DNA of 64,000 nt from Dehalococcoidia bacterium (GTDB lineage Bacteria > Chloroflexota > Dehalococcoidia > Lucifugimonadales > UBA826). Location: assembly GCA_029936675.1 (NCBI GenBank), contig JAPYSB010000001.1:50669-114668 (forward strand), in the 5' to 3' direction. Of the stretch, positions 19,305 through 28,588 are shown one piece after another. The position numbers and the translations under genes are program-made. The notes below the pieces were generated by a model. It was given only the letters and a program-made list of their open reading frames with translations, had not been told where the DNA came from and did not search any database. Each line of letters starts with the position of its first letter. Within the stretch, counting starts at the first letter, position 1.

Positions 19305-20574
19305 CCTGTCTGACATCCAATAGGGTAGGCCAGAGAACCACGCAACCCGTCACAAGTAAAATACCCAATAACCCGTCTACGAATATTGCCACCTTTACCC
19401 CCCACATTTCGGCAATCGTACCGGAAATCAGTAGGCCTAACGGCAAAGCATATACAGCAAGCTGTCTCAAACCCATTACTCTTCCTCTCAAATTATCCGG
19501 GGTCAGTGACAAAAGCATCATAGCAATGGCAACAGTACACAGGGATTGTCCCAGCCCTGCCAAAAATAAAACGGGCAGTGAGGAAACAAAATTGGGAGCT
19601 AAAGCTAGAAGTATTATGGCTAGGCACCATAGCCCCGCACCACCTACTGAAAATCGCCCTTTGTCACCCGTACCATCTCTGCCTCCTGCAATGAGAGAGC
19701 CTAAAACCGCTCCAAAAGAATAACTCCCCATCATAAATCCTAAACCTGTTGAGGTAGAATCGAAAACCTCTTTTGCCAATACAGAAATGAGTCCAAAATA
19801 AATAGGAAAAGTAGCCAAATTGATAACCAATGCCAAAACCAGAAGCCCAGCAACACCTGGAGTCTGGTGAATGAATCTTATCCCGATCTTGAAATTGTTT
19901 ATCACATTTAAATTACCTGCAGAAGGTTTCACAGATACCGTTCCTATGTTGATAGCGCAAAACAGGGATATCAAATAAAGTCCTACAATAATCCCGTAGC
20001 TGACTTTTACACTCAGGAAAGCTAGTACAACACCGCCTACTATAGGCCCTATCATTTGAGTTACATCACCCCCCGCCCTTGACAAGGCCACAGCATTATT
20101 CAAATTCTTATCCCCTACGACAGCAGGTAGAATTGACTGACGAATAACCATATCAAAGGTTTTTGAAAGCCCAAGAAGCCCAGCCATGATCAATATGGCT
20201 GTAGTCGTCAAAAAGCCTGCAAATGTGATGCACAGGATAACTATCCCATTCAAAGCAAACGATCCTCTGATCAACACTAAGAGCATTTTCCGGTCAAACT
20301 TATCCACAATGACTCCAAACACGGGAGACATAATGGTTCCCATAAATCTCAAGGCACCGTAGAGTCCTACAAGGAGTGGTGAGCTGGATATTCCTAATAC
20401 CAGCCAGGACAGGACTATTAGTTCCATGTATTCCGCCCAAGCCTGTAAACAATCAGACGCCCAAAGGTAACGGTAATTTCTTATTTTGAAGCTACTGAAA
20501 ATTCTGGCTAGATAGATTTCTATTATGGTTATCATCTTTAAAATGATACGGATATCTGGAAATACAGCCAGCAA
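19282..20574 (-). CDS. MFS transporter (12-TMS)
   Basis: Hydrophobic 430-aa ORF with the motif VDKFDRK and repeated helices. The start is uncertain: TTG at 20574 or ATG at 20535. The 3' end overlaps the convergent carboxyltransferase gene by 23 nt. Confidence 0.8.
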   Translation of the reverse strand: MLAVFPDIRIILKMITIIEIYLARIFSSFKIRNYRYLWASDCLQAWAEYMELIVLSWLVLGISSSPLLVGLYGALRFMGTIMSPVFGVIVDKFDRKMLLVLIRGSFALNGIVILCITFAGFLTTTAILIMAGLLGLSKTFDMVIRQSILPAVVGDKNLNNAVALSRAGGDVTQMIGPIVGGVVLAFLSVKVSYGIIVGLYLISLFCAINIGTVSVKPSAGNLNVINNFKIGIRFIHQTPGVAGLLVLALVINLATFPIYFGLISVLAKEVFDSTSTGLGFMMGSYSFGAVLGSLIAGGRDGTGDKGRFSVGGAGLWCLAIILLALAPNFVSSLPVLFLAGLGQSLCTVAIAMMLLSLTPDNLRGRVMGLRQLAVYALPLGLLISGTIAEMWGVKVAIFVDGLLGILLVTGCVVLWPTLLDVRQAKEYKEK

Positions 20575-20640
20575 ATATATACCCTAGCACCAATGAATGC
20601 ACCCGACATGAGAATATGAATTGCTTACTAGGAGCCGTAA

Positions 20641-21639
20641 ATGGGACAAAATATAAGTCCAGATGACGTCAGATTAAGGTGGAGAGGTACGGTTTCAAAA
20701 GAAATCACCAACGAGGGACTTATACCGTGGAGAATTCCTTACAGCCAAAAGGATCTATTCGCATGGGAGCTTGTCGAACGTGCAGCTATGCCAGCAGGGG
20801 TTTGTATTGATTTCGTAAGCAACACTCCCTATTTTGAAATATTTTGCGCTCCCGTGGCTGAAAGAAGTCCTATCGACGTATTTTGCAATGGAGTGCTCCA
20901 TTCAACAATAGAAACTGCAAATTTAGATTTTCTGAGGTTGGAAAATTTCGCACCCTCCAATAACACTTTACAAATTTGGCTACCCCAGCACGGCGAATTT
21001 AGGATTAAAGGGCTAGTGATAGATGACAAATCCATTTTAGCCAAATCCGAAGATCTGAAAAATAGAAAATGGATCGCATACGGAAGTTCAATTACACAAT
21101 GTAGACACGCTGATTCGCCTAGTCAGACATGGCCGGCATTAGTGGCTCGAAAAAACAATCTAGATTTAACATGTATGGGATATGGCGGACAATGCCATCT
21201 AGACCCAATGATTGCCCGTACAATCCGAGATCTTCCTGCAGATATAATCTCTCTTTGTTTAGGTATAAATATATATGGAGCATCTTCATTGAATCAACGT
21301 ACATTTCAACCAGGAATTTTGGGGTTTATTCAAATTTTGCGTGAAAAGCATGTAAATACTCCTGTCATAGTAATGTCCCCAATTTATTCGCCAGGTAGAG
21401 AAGAAACGCTTAACGAGGTAGACATGACGCTTCAAATAATGAGGAGTGAGATAGAAAACTCGGTTGATATTTTAAAAGGTTTGGGAGACGTGAATATTCA
21501 CTATGTAGACGGTTTGGATATATTCGATAAACAATACGAGTATTTGCTTCCTGACAACCTTCATCCAAATAACGAGGGCTATTCGATTATGGCCAGCAAT
21601 ATTTCGGAATCTCTGGCTCCACATTTATGCTTTGAATGA
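20641..21639 (+). CDS. SGNH/GDSL-family hydrolase with an N-terminal beta-sandwich domain
   Basis: Block I reads IAYGSSITQ (catalytic Ser). Block V reads D.LHPN (DNLHPNNEGY). Confidence 0.75.
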   Translation: MGQNISPDDVRLRWRGTVSKEITNEGLIPWRIPYSQKDLFAWELVERAAMPAGVCIDFVSNTPYFEIFCAPVAERSPIDVFCNGVLHSTIETANLDFLRLENFAPSNNTLQIWLPQHGEFRIKGLVIDDKSILAKSEDLKNRKWIAYGSSITQCRHADSPSQTWPALVARKNNLDLTCMGYGGQCHLDPMIARTIRDLPADIISLCLGINIYGASSLNQRTFQPGILGFIQILREKHVNTPVIVMSPIYSPGREETLNEVDMTLQIMRSEIENSVDILKGLGDVNIHYVDGLDIFDKQYEYLLPDNLHPNNEGYSIMASNISESLAPHLCFE

Positions 21640-21694
21640 TTAGTTCATAATAAAAATCAACTTATACGAAAATAAGTTAAGAGGGGGAAATCAT

Positions 21695-22465
21695 ATGCGG
21701 CTAAAAAACAAGGTTGCACTAATAAGTGGCGGGGCCAATGGTGTGAAAAATGAATTAATGGGATTCGGTGGAGCCTGCGCATGGAAATTTGTCCAGGAAG
21801 GGGCAAAAGTGGTGATTGCAGACATTGATACGGCCAACGGACAGAAAACGGCAGACCAAATAAAAGAGGAGAAAGGTCAAGCTGAATTTATAAAATTGGA
21901 CGTGACGAAAGATTTAGACTGGAAAGCAGCAATAGATTTTGCAGTGCATACCTTTGGCCAACTAGACATTTTGGTTAACTGTGCTGGTACCGCAGCAGTT
22001 GAGCGGGTGGAGGAAACCACCGAAGAGATCTGGGATGCCCAAATGGATGTCCATGCAAAAGGAGCATTCTTAGGTACACAAGCTGTCATTCCGATAATGA
22101 TTAAACAAGGTCAAGGGTCAATAATTCACTTATCCTCAATAAATGGCCTAATCGGTAGCCAGAGCTCTACGGCATACCATGCTGCTAAAGGAGCAGTGAG
22201 ACTTCTAACAAAAAATACAGCTATGCAGTATGCAAAAGACGGAGTAAGAGTGAACTCGGTTCATCCCGGATATGCAGATACTCCACTCACGAAGCCTTTG
22301 TTCGCCGATGAAGATGCATTGGCTCTGAGACTTAGTAAGGTTCCATTAGGTAGGATTGGGACGGCGGATGAAATTGCCAACGGAATAATATATTTAGCAT
22401 CTGACGAGTCTTCTTTCGTTACTGGTTCAGAGTTAATCATAGACGGCGGAATGACCGCTCAGTAA
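21695..22465 (+). CDS. Short-chain dehydrogenase/reductase (SDR)
   Basis: Cofactor motif ISGGANG..G, NCAG, and the catalytic S...Y..AK (SSTAYHAAKGA). 256 aa. Confidence 0.9.
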   Translation: MRLKNKVALISGGANGVKNELMGFGGACAWKFVQEGAKVVIADIDTANGQKTADQIKEEKGQAEFIKLDVTKDLDWKAAIDFAVHTFGQLDILVNCAGTAAVERVEETTEEIWDAQMDVHAKGAFLGTQAVIPIMIKQGQGSIIHLSSINGLIGSQSSTAYHAAKGAVRLLTKNTAMQYAKDGVRVNSVHPGYADTPLTKPLFADEDALALRLSKVPLGRIGTADEIANGIIYLASDESSFVTGSELIIDGGMTAQ

Positions 22466-22466
22466 A

Positions 22467-22895
22467 GTGAATAATCCAAAAGTAGAATCTGATAGCTTCT
22501 TGGTATGTTTTGACGGGTATTGTCTTCTATGTAATGCATGGGTAGATTTTCTGATCAAAAGAGATAAAAATAATGTTTTCACCTTCGCTTCCCTCCAGTC
22601 AAATAGGGGTAGAAATATATTACTCAAAAATGGATGTAGCGAATGCGAACTTGAAGCCCTAGACAGCATAGTCGCCCTGAATTCAGGTCAAGTATCTACA
22701 AGGTCGGATGCGGTGATAGAAATTTTAGTTGCCTTAGGTGGAGTTTATAAGATCGCAAGATTGCTTAAATCAATATCATCATCTTTCCGAAATCTTGTCT
22801 ATGACACAATAGCAACAAAACGGTACGTTTGGTTAGGGAGAAGAGATACATGTCGCATACCCTCACCAGAAGAGTCGCATAAGTTTCTTGAGTGA
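22467..22895 (+). CDS. DCC-family thiol-disulfide oxidoreductase (DUF393)
   Basis: Signature FDGYCLLCNAWVDFLIKRD (a CxxC in the DCC1-like context). 142 aa. It starts 2 nt after the SDR stop. Confidence 0.75.
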   Translation: MNNPKVESDSFLVCFDGYCLLCNAWVDFLIKRDKNNVFTFASLQSNRGRNILLKNGCSECELEALDSIVALNSGQVSTRSDAVIEILVALGGVYKIARLLKSISSSFRNLVYDTIATKRYVWLGRRDTCRIPSPEESHKFLE

Positions 22896-23631
22896 ATCCA
22901 ATACAAGAAAAAGACCGGTTTTCCTTCGAGCTAAATGGAATCATCTGTTGTTCGCTAACTACGAAGTAGACCCTAGTTTTCTTAGCTCCCACGTCCCAAA
23001 CGGCACAAGCCTAGATTCTTGGAACAGCAGCACATTCTTAAGCCTGGTAGCTTTCCGTTTTTCCAACACTCGTGTGTTAGGAATACCTACCTTCGGTTGG
23101 AGGAATTTTGACGAAATCAATCTAAGGTTTTATGTACGTGGAGCAGACGATCAAGAAAGCAAAAATGGTGTCGTGTTCATAAAAGAAATTGTTCCAAGTT
23201 GGTTAGTGAGCACTATAGCTAGGTTACTTTACGGTGAAAATTACCAAAACAAAAACATGCATAGTTCCATCGACTCGAAGCCAGATTCGAGTAAAATCAT
23301 CAGCTACGAAATAAAAGAGTCGGATTTAAGCAATAAATTTTCTGCCTTTGTGACTAACCCAGAGAAAGTGCCAACCCCGGATAGTTTGGAGGCGTACATA
23401 ACAGAACATTATTGGGGATTCGCTAGTAGAAACTCCAAAAACACCGTGGAATACGAAGTAGAACACCCACAATGGACAGTCTCAAAAATCGACGACTACT
23501 CAATTACATTTGACTTCGAAAAAATTTACGGTACTAGATACTCATTTCTTTCTGGCCAAAAACCGCAATCTGTATTCTACTGTGAAGGATCAGATATAAT
23601 TGTGAGAATGGGAAAAACACTCAATCTTTAA
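22888..23631 (+). CDS. DUF2071 (YqjF-like) family protein
   Basis: The N-terminus FLRAKWNHLLFANYEVDP and the overall size are typical of DUF2071. It overlaps the DCC gene by 8 nt. Confidence 0.65.
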   Translation: MSESNTRKRPVFLRAKWNHLLFANYEVDPSFLSSHVPNGTSLDSWNSSTFLSLVAFRFSNTRVLGIPTFGWRNFDEINLRFYVRGADDQESKNGVVFIKEIVPSWLVSTIARLLYGENYQNKNMHSSIDSKPDSSKIISYEIKESDLSNKFSAFVTNPEKVPTPDSLEAYITEHYWGFASRNSKNTVEYEVEHPQWTVSKIDDYSITFDFEKIYGTRYSFLSGQKPQSVFYCEGSDIIVRMGKTLNL

Positions 23632-24763
23632 GCGCCATTACAGTATTTTCCGCCTTGCTGATGAGAGATGCCACTGAATCTCCGAGAAACATAACATGTC
23701 CCATTTTTCTTCTAGGGCGAACCGATTGTTTACCATACATATATATTCTTGCAGAACTGTCCGAATACAATTCGAATTTATGATCAGAATCGTTCAAAAT
23801 ATTCGCTTCTTCGCCTAGAATATTAAGTAAGACCGAAGCATTCAAAAAATCTGGTTCTATAACTGGTAATCCCACCAAAGCTCTTACCTGGCTCTCATAT
23901 TGTGAAATACTGAAGGCATCTATAGTGTGGTGGCCTGAATTATGTGGCCTTGGCGCTATTTCATTCACAAGTATTTCATCTGTTGTGGTTAAGAACATCT
24001 CAACACAAAAAACTCCCGCATCGCCTATATTTCCAATCACTTCTTTCGCGAGCTCTATAGCCCTGTTTTGTATCTCATTTGTTAGTCTTGGAGGAGAGAT
24101 ACTCATCCGAAGTATGCCTCCCTCGTGGGTATTTTCCGTTGGAGGATATGCAATCAAATTTCCCTTGCCATCCGAAACGACTATCACAGACATCTCAAGT
24201 CGATAATCGACAACCGCTTCAATAACCCAAGATTCACCATGAATTGTCTTTAATAATTCGCTCTCTTGAGCGTCATTTTCAACTTTCCACTGTCCATGAC
24301 CGTCGTAGCCCAATGTTGCCGTTTTTACGATCCACGGCTTAGGCACCTTTATACCCTTGAATTCTTCCACATTCAATACAAATTCGTGAGAGGTCACCGG
24401 AAATTTACTGGACGACAAGAAGGTTTTCTCTTCAATCCTGTTTTGAGCCAGTTTTAAACTTTTGCTACCCGGTTTGACCAGATTAGCATCTTCCAATTTC
24501 GATACAAGCTGGTGGGGAACGTTTTCCCACTCTAAAGAAATGGCATCCACAATATTGGAAAAAATCTTTATTTGTTCCTCATCATTAAATGGTGCATCAA
24601 TTGAGTGGGTGGCATACCGTTTAGCGGGGGCCAGCGGATCTGGGTCCCAAACGGCCACCTTATAGCCCATCCTCAAGGCCGCTTCAGTAAAAAACCCTCC
24701 CAATTGACCTCCACCCAGCATCCCTAATGTTGAGCCCGGAGGAACCAGCGAAACTGATGACAT
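23621..24763 (-). CDS. purK: N5-carboxyaminoimidazole ribonucleotide synthase
   Basis: ATP-grasp protein with LGMLGGGQLG at the N-terminus and RKMGH near the C-terminus. It lies directly downstream of purE. Confidence 0.92.
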   Translation of the reverse strand: MSSVSLVPPGSTLGMLGGGQLGGFFTEAALRMGYKVAVWDPDPLAPAKRYATHSIDAPFNDEEQIKIFSNIVDAISLEWENVPHQLVSKLEDANLVKPGSKSLKLAQNRIEEKTFLSSSKFPVTSHEFVLNVEEFKGIKVPKPWIVKTATLGYDGHGQWKVENDAQESELLKTIHGESWVIEAVVDYRLEMSVIVVSDGKGNLIAYPPTENTHEGGILRMSISPPRLTNEIQNRAIELAKEVIGNIGDAGVFCVEMFLTTTDEILVNEIAPRPHNSGHHTIDAFSISQYESQVRALVGLPVIEPDFLNASVLLNILGEEANILNDSDHKFELYSDSSARIYMYGKQSVRPRRKMGHVMFLGDSVASLISKAENTVMALKD

Positions 24764-24766
24764 TAC

Positions 24767-25273
24767 CTAATTACCCTTAGCTTCAGGGTTTCTTAGGACG
24801 GTTTCAGTAAGATTTTTCCGCCAGGACCTCAATTTATCTCTTACTTGAGAATCAGAAACAGCTATTATCTCTGCCGCCAGGATAGCTGCATTTTCTGCAC
24901 CCCCGATAGCCACGGTTGCAACAGGAACACCTCTGGGCATTTGGACGATAGACATCAAAGAATCCATACCTTTCAAATATTCCAATGGTACTGGTACTCC
25001 TATGACCGGAATTATAGTTTTTGCTGCAAGCATGCCTGGTAAATGAGCTGCCCCTCCAGCACCGGCAATGATCACTTTAATCCCTCGGTTTTCAGCTGTT
25101 TCGGCATATTCATAAAGCCAATCAGGGGTTCTGTGGGCAGAAACTACCCGAAGCTCATTTTCAATGGACAACTGATCCAAAATTTCCGTTGCTTGCCTCA
25201 AAAGTGGGAAATCAGATGTGCTTCCTCCTACAACAGAAACTGTTGGGCCAGAACTATTTTGTAACTTTGTCAT
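24767..25273 (-). CDS. purE: N5-carboxyaminoimidazole ribonucleotide mutase
   Basis: Motifs GSTSD, VSAHRTP and AGGAAHLPGM. The ORF extends to 25285, but the ATG at 25273 has a GGAGG 5-6 nt upstream. Confidence 0.92.
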   Translation of the reverse strand: MTKLQNSSGPTVSVVGGSTSDFPLLRQATEILDQLSIENELRVVSAHRTPDWLYEYAETAENRGIKVIIAGAGGAAHLPGMLAAKTIIPVIGVPVPLEYLKGMDSLMSIVQMPRGVPVATVAIGGAENAAILAAEIIAVSDSQVRDKLRSWRKNLTETVLRNPEAKGN

Positions 25274-25346
25274 TTCCGCCTCCATGTTTGATTCATTTTA
25301 TAGTTATTTGTAGTTTTATGACCCGATTCCAGCCTTTACTACATGG

Positions 25347-25844
25347 CTAGTTTCCATAAGTCAACTCTTTGAATTTAATATAATCCTTGAAACTTTGTTC
25401 AGAATTCCCAAGCATCTGGCTAAGTATGCTGCGATGTTTGTATGAAGCCCAATGTTCGGGATCTAGTGAGATAGCTCGGTTCAAATCAGCCATTGCTGAA
25501 TCTAATTCACCGACATCAGAATAAGCTAGGGCTCTGTTATGCAATGCGTCTCGGTAGTCCGGATCTATTACCAAGGCCTTTTCAAAAGCGATGACAGCCT
25601 CGTCTGGTTTAGACAAACAAAGTTTCGCCACCCCTATGTTGTTCCAAGCCATTGCGTGTTCAGGATTGTATTTGATCGTTACTAGAAAACATTTTATGGC
25701 CTCTATATGATGTCCACGATTGGCAAGATAGTTACCTTCCTTAAATTGCTCCTCCCAACTACAAGATTCCAACTTTCTTCCTCTTTTTTGAACTGGAAAA
25801 TCAACCACCTGATAAAACAGCCGCATTTGAAGCCGTGATTTCAC
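25347..25844 (-). CDS. TPR-repeat protein
   Basis: About three TPR units (AWNNIGVAK...A...FEKAL.IDP.Y..A..NRA.AY). 165 aa. The start is uncertain: GTG at 25844 or ATG at 25826. Confidence 0.7.
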   Translation of the reverse strand: MKSRLQMRLFYQVVDFPVQKRGRKLESCSWEEQFKEGNYLANRGHHIEAIKCFLVTIKYNPEHAMAWNNIGVAKLCLSKPDEAVIAFEKALVIDPDYRDALHNRALAYSDVGELDSAMADLNRAISLDPEHWASYKHRSILSQMLGNSEQSFKDYIKFKELTYGN

Positions 25845-25884
25845 GATACTAAAATTAACATGCTTATTGTAATATTTATGGACA

Positions 25885-27066
25885 ATGGATTCAGCAAATC
25901 AAGATCCAAATCTTAGTACATCGATCCTCCCTGGTATGGTAGACGCGTCGCCAGAGATGCACCACGCCAAATTAAACTTAACCGCGAGTATAAGCTCTAT
26001 CCTCGCAAAATATGGCTACGATATATTTGATTGCCCCATAATAGAATCAACTGAACTCTATGCAATGAAGTCCGGGGGTGAGCTTACTAGTCGGTTATAT
26101 TCTTTCGTAGAACCGGGCGGCATGAGTGTCAGTCTGAGACCTGAATTTACATCTTCAGTTATAAGGTTTTATGTCTCAAACGAGGCCGTTCATAAAAAAC
26201 CCGTTAAGAAGCAGTATGTTGGTCCAGTTTTCAGATACTCTGATTCCAATCAAGGTTTGAATCAGAGACAATTTACCCAGCAAGGCTGCGAAATAATCGG
26301 TGATTCCAGTATAGATTCTGATGTAGAAATTCTTAAGCTTAGCTTGCTCGCTTTGGCCGAATCCGGTTTAGCGAAAGTTACAATAAAACTAGGCCATATG
26401 GGTTACATAAGATCAATACTTGAAGATTTTGATCTAAGTGAAGCTTTAATAGGGTTCACCTTTTCAAATTTGCAGGTTTTATCCAAAAATGAGGATGGGA
26501 TAGCAGGTTTGACCGAAATGGCTTCAGGGATAGGGCTAATAAATCCTGGAGACAACAACCATGATACGGAAAATATCAAGCCTGCAGAAATATCGACACA
26601 TAGTCTAGGTAGGCGAAGGCTTGAGCAAATAGATAAACGATCCCAAAGAAAAAAATCACATTCGTTCTCAATTGAAAAGTATTCGGAAGCACTGGAAAAA
26701 CTTTCCATATTCTTGAGAGCTTTCTCAGGAGATATCAACAAGGTTTCGAATAACCTGACCGCCGACCCTATTTACAAAGATGCTACGGAATACTTTAACT
26801 TTGTGATAAAAGAATCAGCTAACGTAACTGGCATGGAAGTCGATTTCATCGTTGATTGTGCCGCACAACGGGGATTTACATACTACACAGGTATCATTTT
26901 TGATATGGAATACGTGTTAGACAAAAAATCAATTCCCCTGGGAGGGGGTGGAAGGTACGATGGCCTAGTTAAACTTCTAGGCGGGCCGGGGGAAATACCA
27001 GCAACAGGCTTTGCAGTGAACGTGGATTCTATACTTTCAATAACCACGGCGGATGAACAAAAATGA
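25885..27066 (+). CDS. hisZ: ATP phosphoribosyltransferase regulatory subunit (HisRS-like)
   Basis: Class II aaRS-like core (LRPEFT, FRYS..N.G..RQF.Q.G.E, GGGGRYD) without an anticodon-binding domain. An ATGA overlap links it to hisG. Confidence 0.85.
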   Translation: MDSANQDPNLSTSILPGMVDASPEMHHAKLNLTASISSILAKYGYDIFDCPIIESTELYAMKSGGELTSRLYSFVEPGGMSVSLRPEFTSSVIRFYVSNEAVHKKPVKKQYVGPVFRYSDSNQGLNQRQFTQQGCEIIGDSSIDSDVEILKLSLLALAESGLAKVTIKLGHMGYIRSILEDFDLSEALIGFTFSNLQVLSKNEDGIAGLTEMASGIGLINPGDNNHDTENIKPAEISTHSLGRRRLEQIDKRSQRKKSHSFSIEKYSEALEKLSIFLRAFSGDINKVSNNLTADPIYKDATEYFNFVIKESANVTGMEVDFIVDCAAQRGFTYYTGIIFDMEYVLDKKSIPLGGGGRYDGLVKLLGGPGEIPATGFAVNVDSILSITTADEQK

Positions 27067-27812
27067 TGTCAGAAATCACTGAACTGAAACTGGTTATTCC
27101 GAGCGATGGGGCCATGTATGAATCAACTTTAGAATTCATGGGAAAAGTTGGCCTATCTGTCACAAGGGAAAGTAAGAGAAGATACATAGCTCATATCCCG
27201 AATTTATCTGGAGTTACTGTACTCCTGCTTAGAAGCGCTGACATAACAGCCACCGTAGAAGATGGCAGTGCAGATGTAGGTTTATTGGGTGAAGATCGTT
27301 ACCTAGAACTTAGGCAAGAGAATCTATCAACAACCATAATATTAGGAAACTTACAATTCGGTAATTGTTCCCTTACCCTTGGAATTCCTAATTCATGGCC
27401 AGATGTGAGTTCTATCGCTGACGTGGCCGAAGTTGCGGTGGAATTTAGGGAACGAGGGCTGAGCATGAGGGTTGCAACCAAATCACCACGACTTACAGAA
27501 AAATACCTACTCTCTCATGGAATACATTATTTTTCGCTAGTCCGATTAAGTGGAACATTGGAGCTCGCCCCAGAAATGGGCTTTGCTGACATAATAGCCG
27601 ACATAACTTCAACGGGCACGACGATGAAAGAAAATCAACTGAAAGCAATACGAGGTGGAACAATTATTGAATCAGAGGCCTGTCTGATCGGTAACACAAA
27701 CGAGTTGTCATCTAATGTAACTAAACTTAATACAGCAAAACAGTTTATAAAGACAATTACAGGTTACTTTGAGAGTAGATCGACTGGAATTGATGTCAGA
27801 TACAATCTGTAG
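27063..27812 (+). CDS. hisG: ATP phosphoribosyltransferase catalytic subunit
   Basis: LKLVIPSDGAMYESTLEFM...G, ADVGLLGEDR and the PRPP-loop-like DITSTGTTMKEN. Its position after hisZ supports the call. Confidence 0.85.
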   Translation: MMSEITELKLVIPSDGAMYESTLEFMGKVGLSVTRESKRRYIAHIPNLSGVTVLLLRSADITATVEDGSADVGLLGEDRYLELRQENLSTTIILGNLQFGNCSLTLGIPNSWPDVSSIADVAEVAVEFRERGLSMRVATKSPRLTEKYLLSHGIHYFSLVRLSGTLELAPEMGFADIIADITSTGTTMKENQLKAIRGGTIIESEACLIGNTNELSSNVTKLNTAKQFIKTITGYFESRSTGIDVRYNL

Positions 27813-27841
27813 AAAGAAGAGTTTAAAATCAGTCTATAAAT

Positions 27842-28588
27842 ATGCCTAATTTGCCGACCCATATACATTTTTCATTTGAATCACTTGGAAAATACAACGA
27901 TCTCGATTTAAACAAAAATCTTGCTGTGTATCTTTTAGGGTCCACAGCTCCAGACATAAGAGTGATAACTAAACAAAATCGGTCCTTATATCACTTTGTA
28001 CAGTTGGATTTTAATGGGGTAGGGGATGGAATCCGAAACATGCAATCCTTGCACCCTCAACTTAATCATCTCCGCGAAAAAGACAGCCATACCAGGTCAT
28101 TTATGGCTGGATATGCCTCCCATCTGATTTTAGATGAAACATGGATTACGACAATATTTCGTCCATTTTTTTCAGACGTGAATCTTTTTGGTAGCAGAAA
28201 TCAAGGTCTTATTTTGGACCGAGCGCTTCAAATGCAATTGGACAAATCTTATTGGAAAACTTTGGAACAAAATTTGGTACATGTCCAATCATGTGATATA
28301 GAGATCGATGTGGAATTCCTGCGGGAAGAGCCGATGGAGAAATGGCGGAATTGGATATCCACTTTGCTCAACCGAGAATTCTCATGGGACAGGCTGGAAT
28401 TCATGGCCAATAGAATGGCCAAAGGAAATTCAAAGCATCCAGTGATAGGGCTTGCAAAGGATTTCATCGCTGATCCGGCCGGTGGCGTAGATGATATTCT
28501 CCAAAGGCTACCAGATGGAATTTTGGAGGAATTTTCAAATCAGAGTTTGGAAAATATAGACAAAGCCCTCAAAGAGTTTACCTTATGA
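27842..28588 (+). CDS. Uncharacterised metal-dependent hydrolase-like protein (Zn phospholipase C / P1 nuclease-like His/Asp pattern), embedded in the his operon
   Basis: 248 aa. The N-terminal PTHIHF, then GSTAPD, then a later SHLILDETW, resemble the His/Asp ligand pattern of the Zn-dependent PLC-like family (by eye). The stop overlaps the hisD start (ATGA). Confidence 0.55.
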   Translation: MPNLPTHIHFSFESLGKYNDLDLNKNLAVYLLGSTAPDIRVITKQNRSLYHFVQLDFNGVGDGIRNMQSLHPQLNHLREKDSHTRSFMAGYASHLILDETWITTIFRPFFSDVNLFGSRNQGLILDRALQMQLDKSYWKTLEQNLVHVQSCDIEIDVEFLREEPMEKWRNWISTLLNREFSWDRLEFMANRMAKGNSKHPVIGLAKDFIADPAGGVDDILQRLPDGILEEFSNQSLENIDKALKEFTL

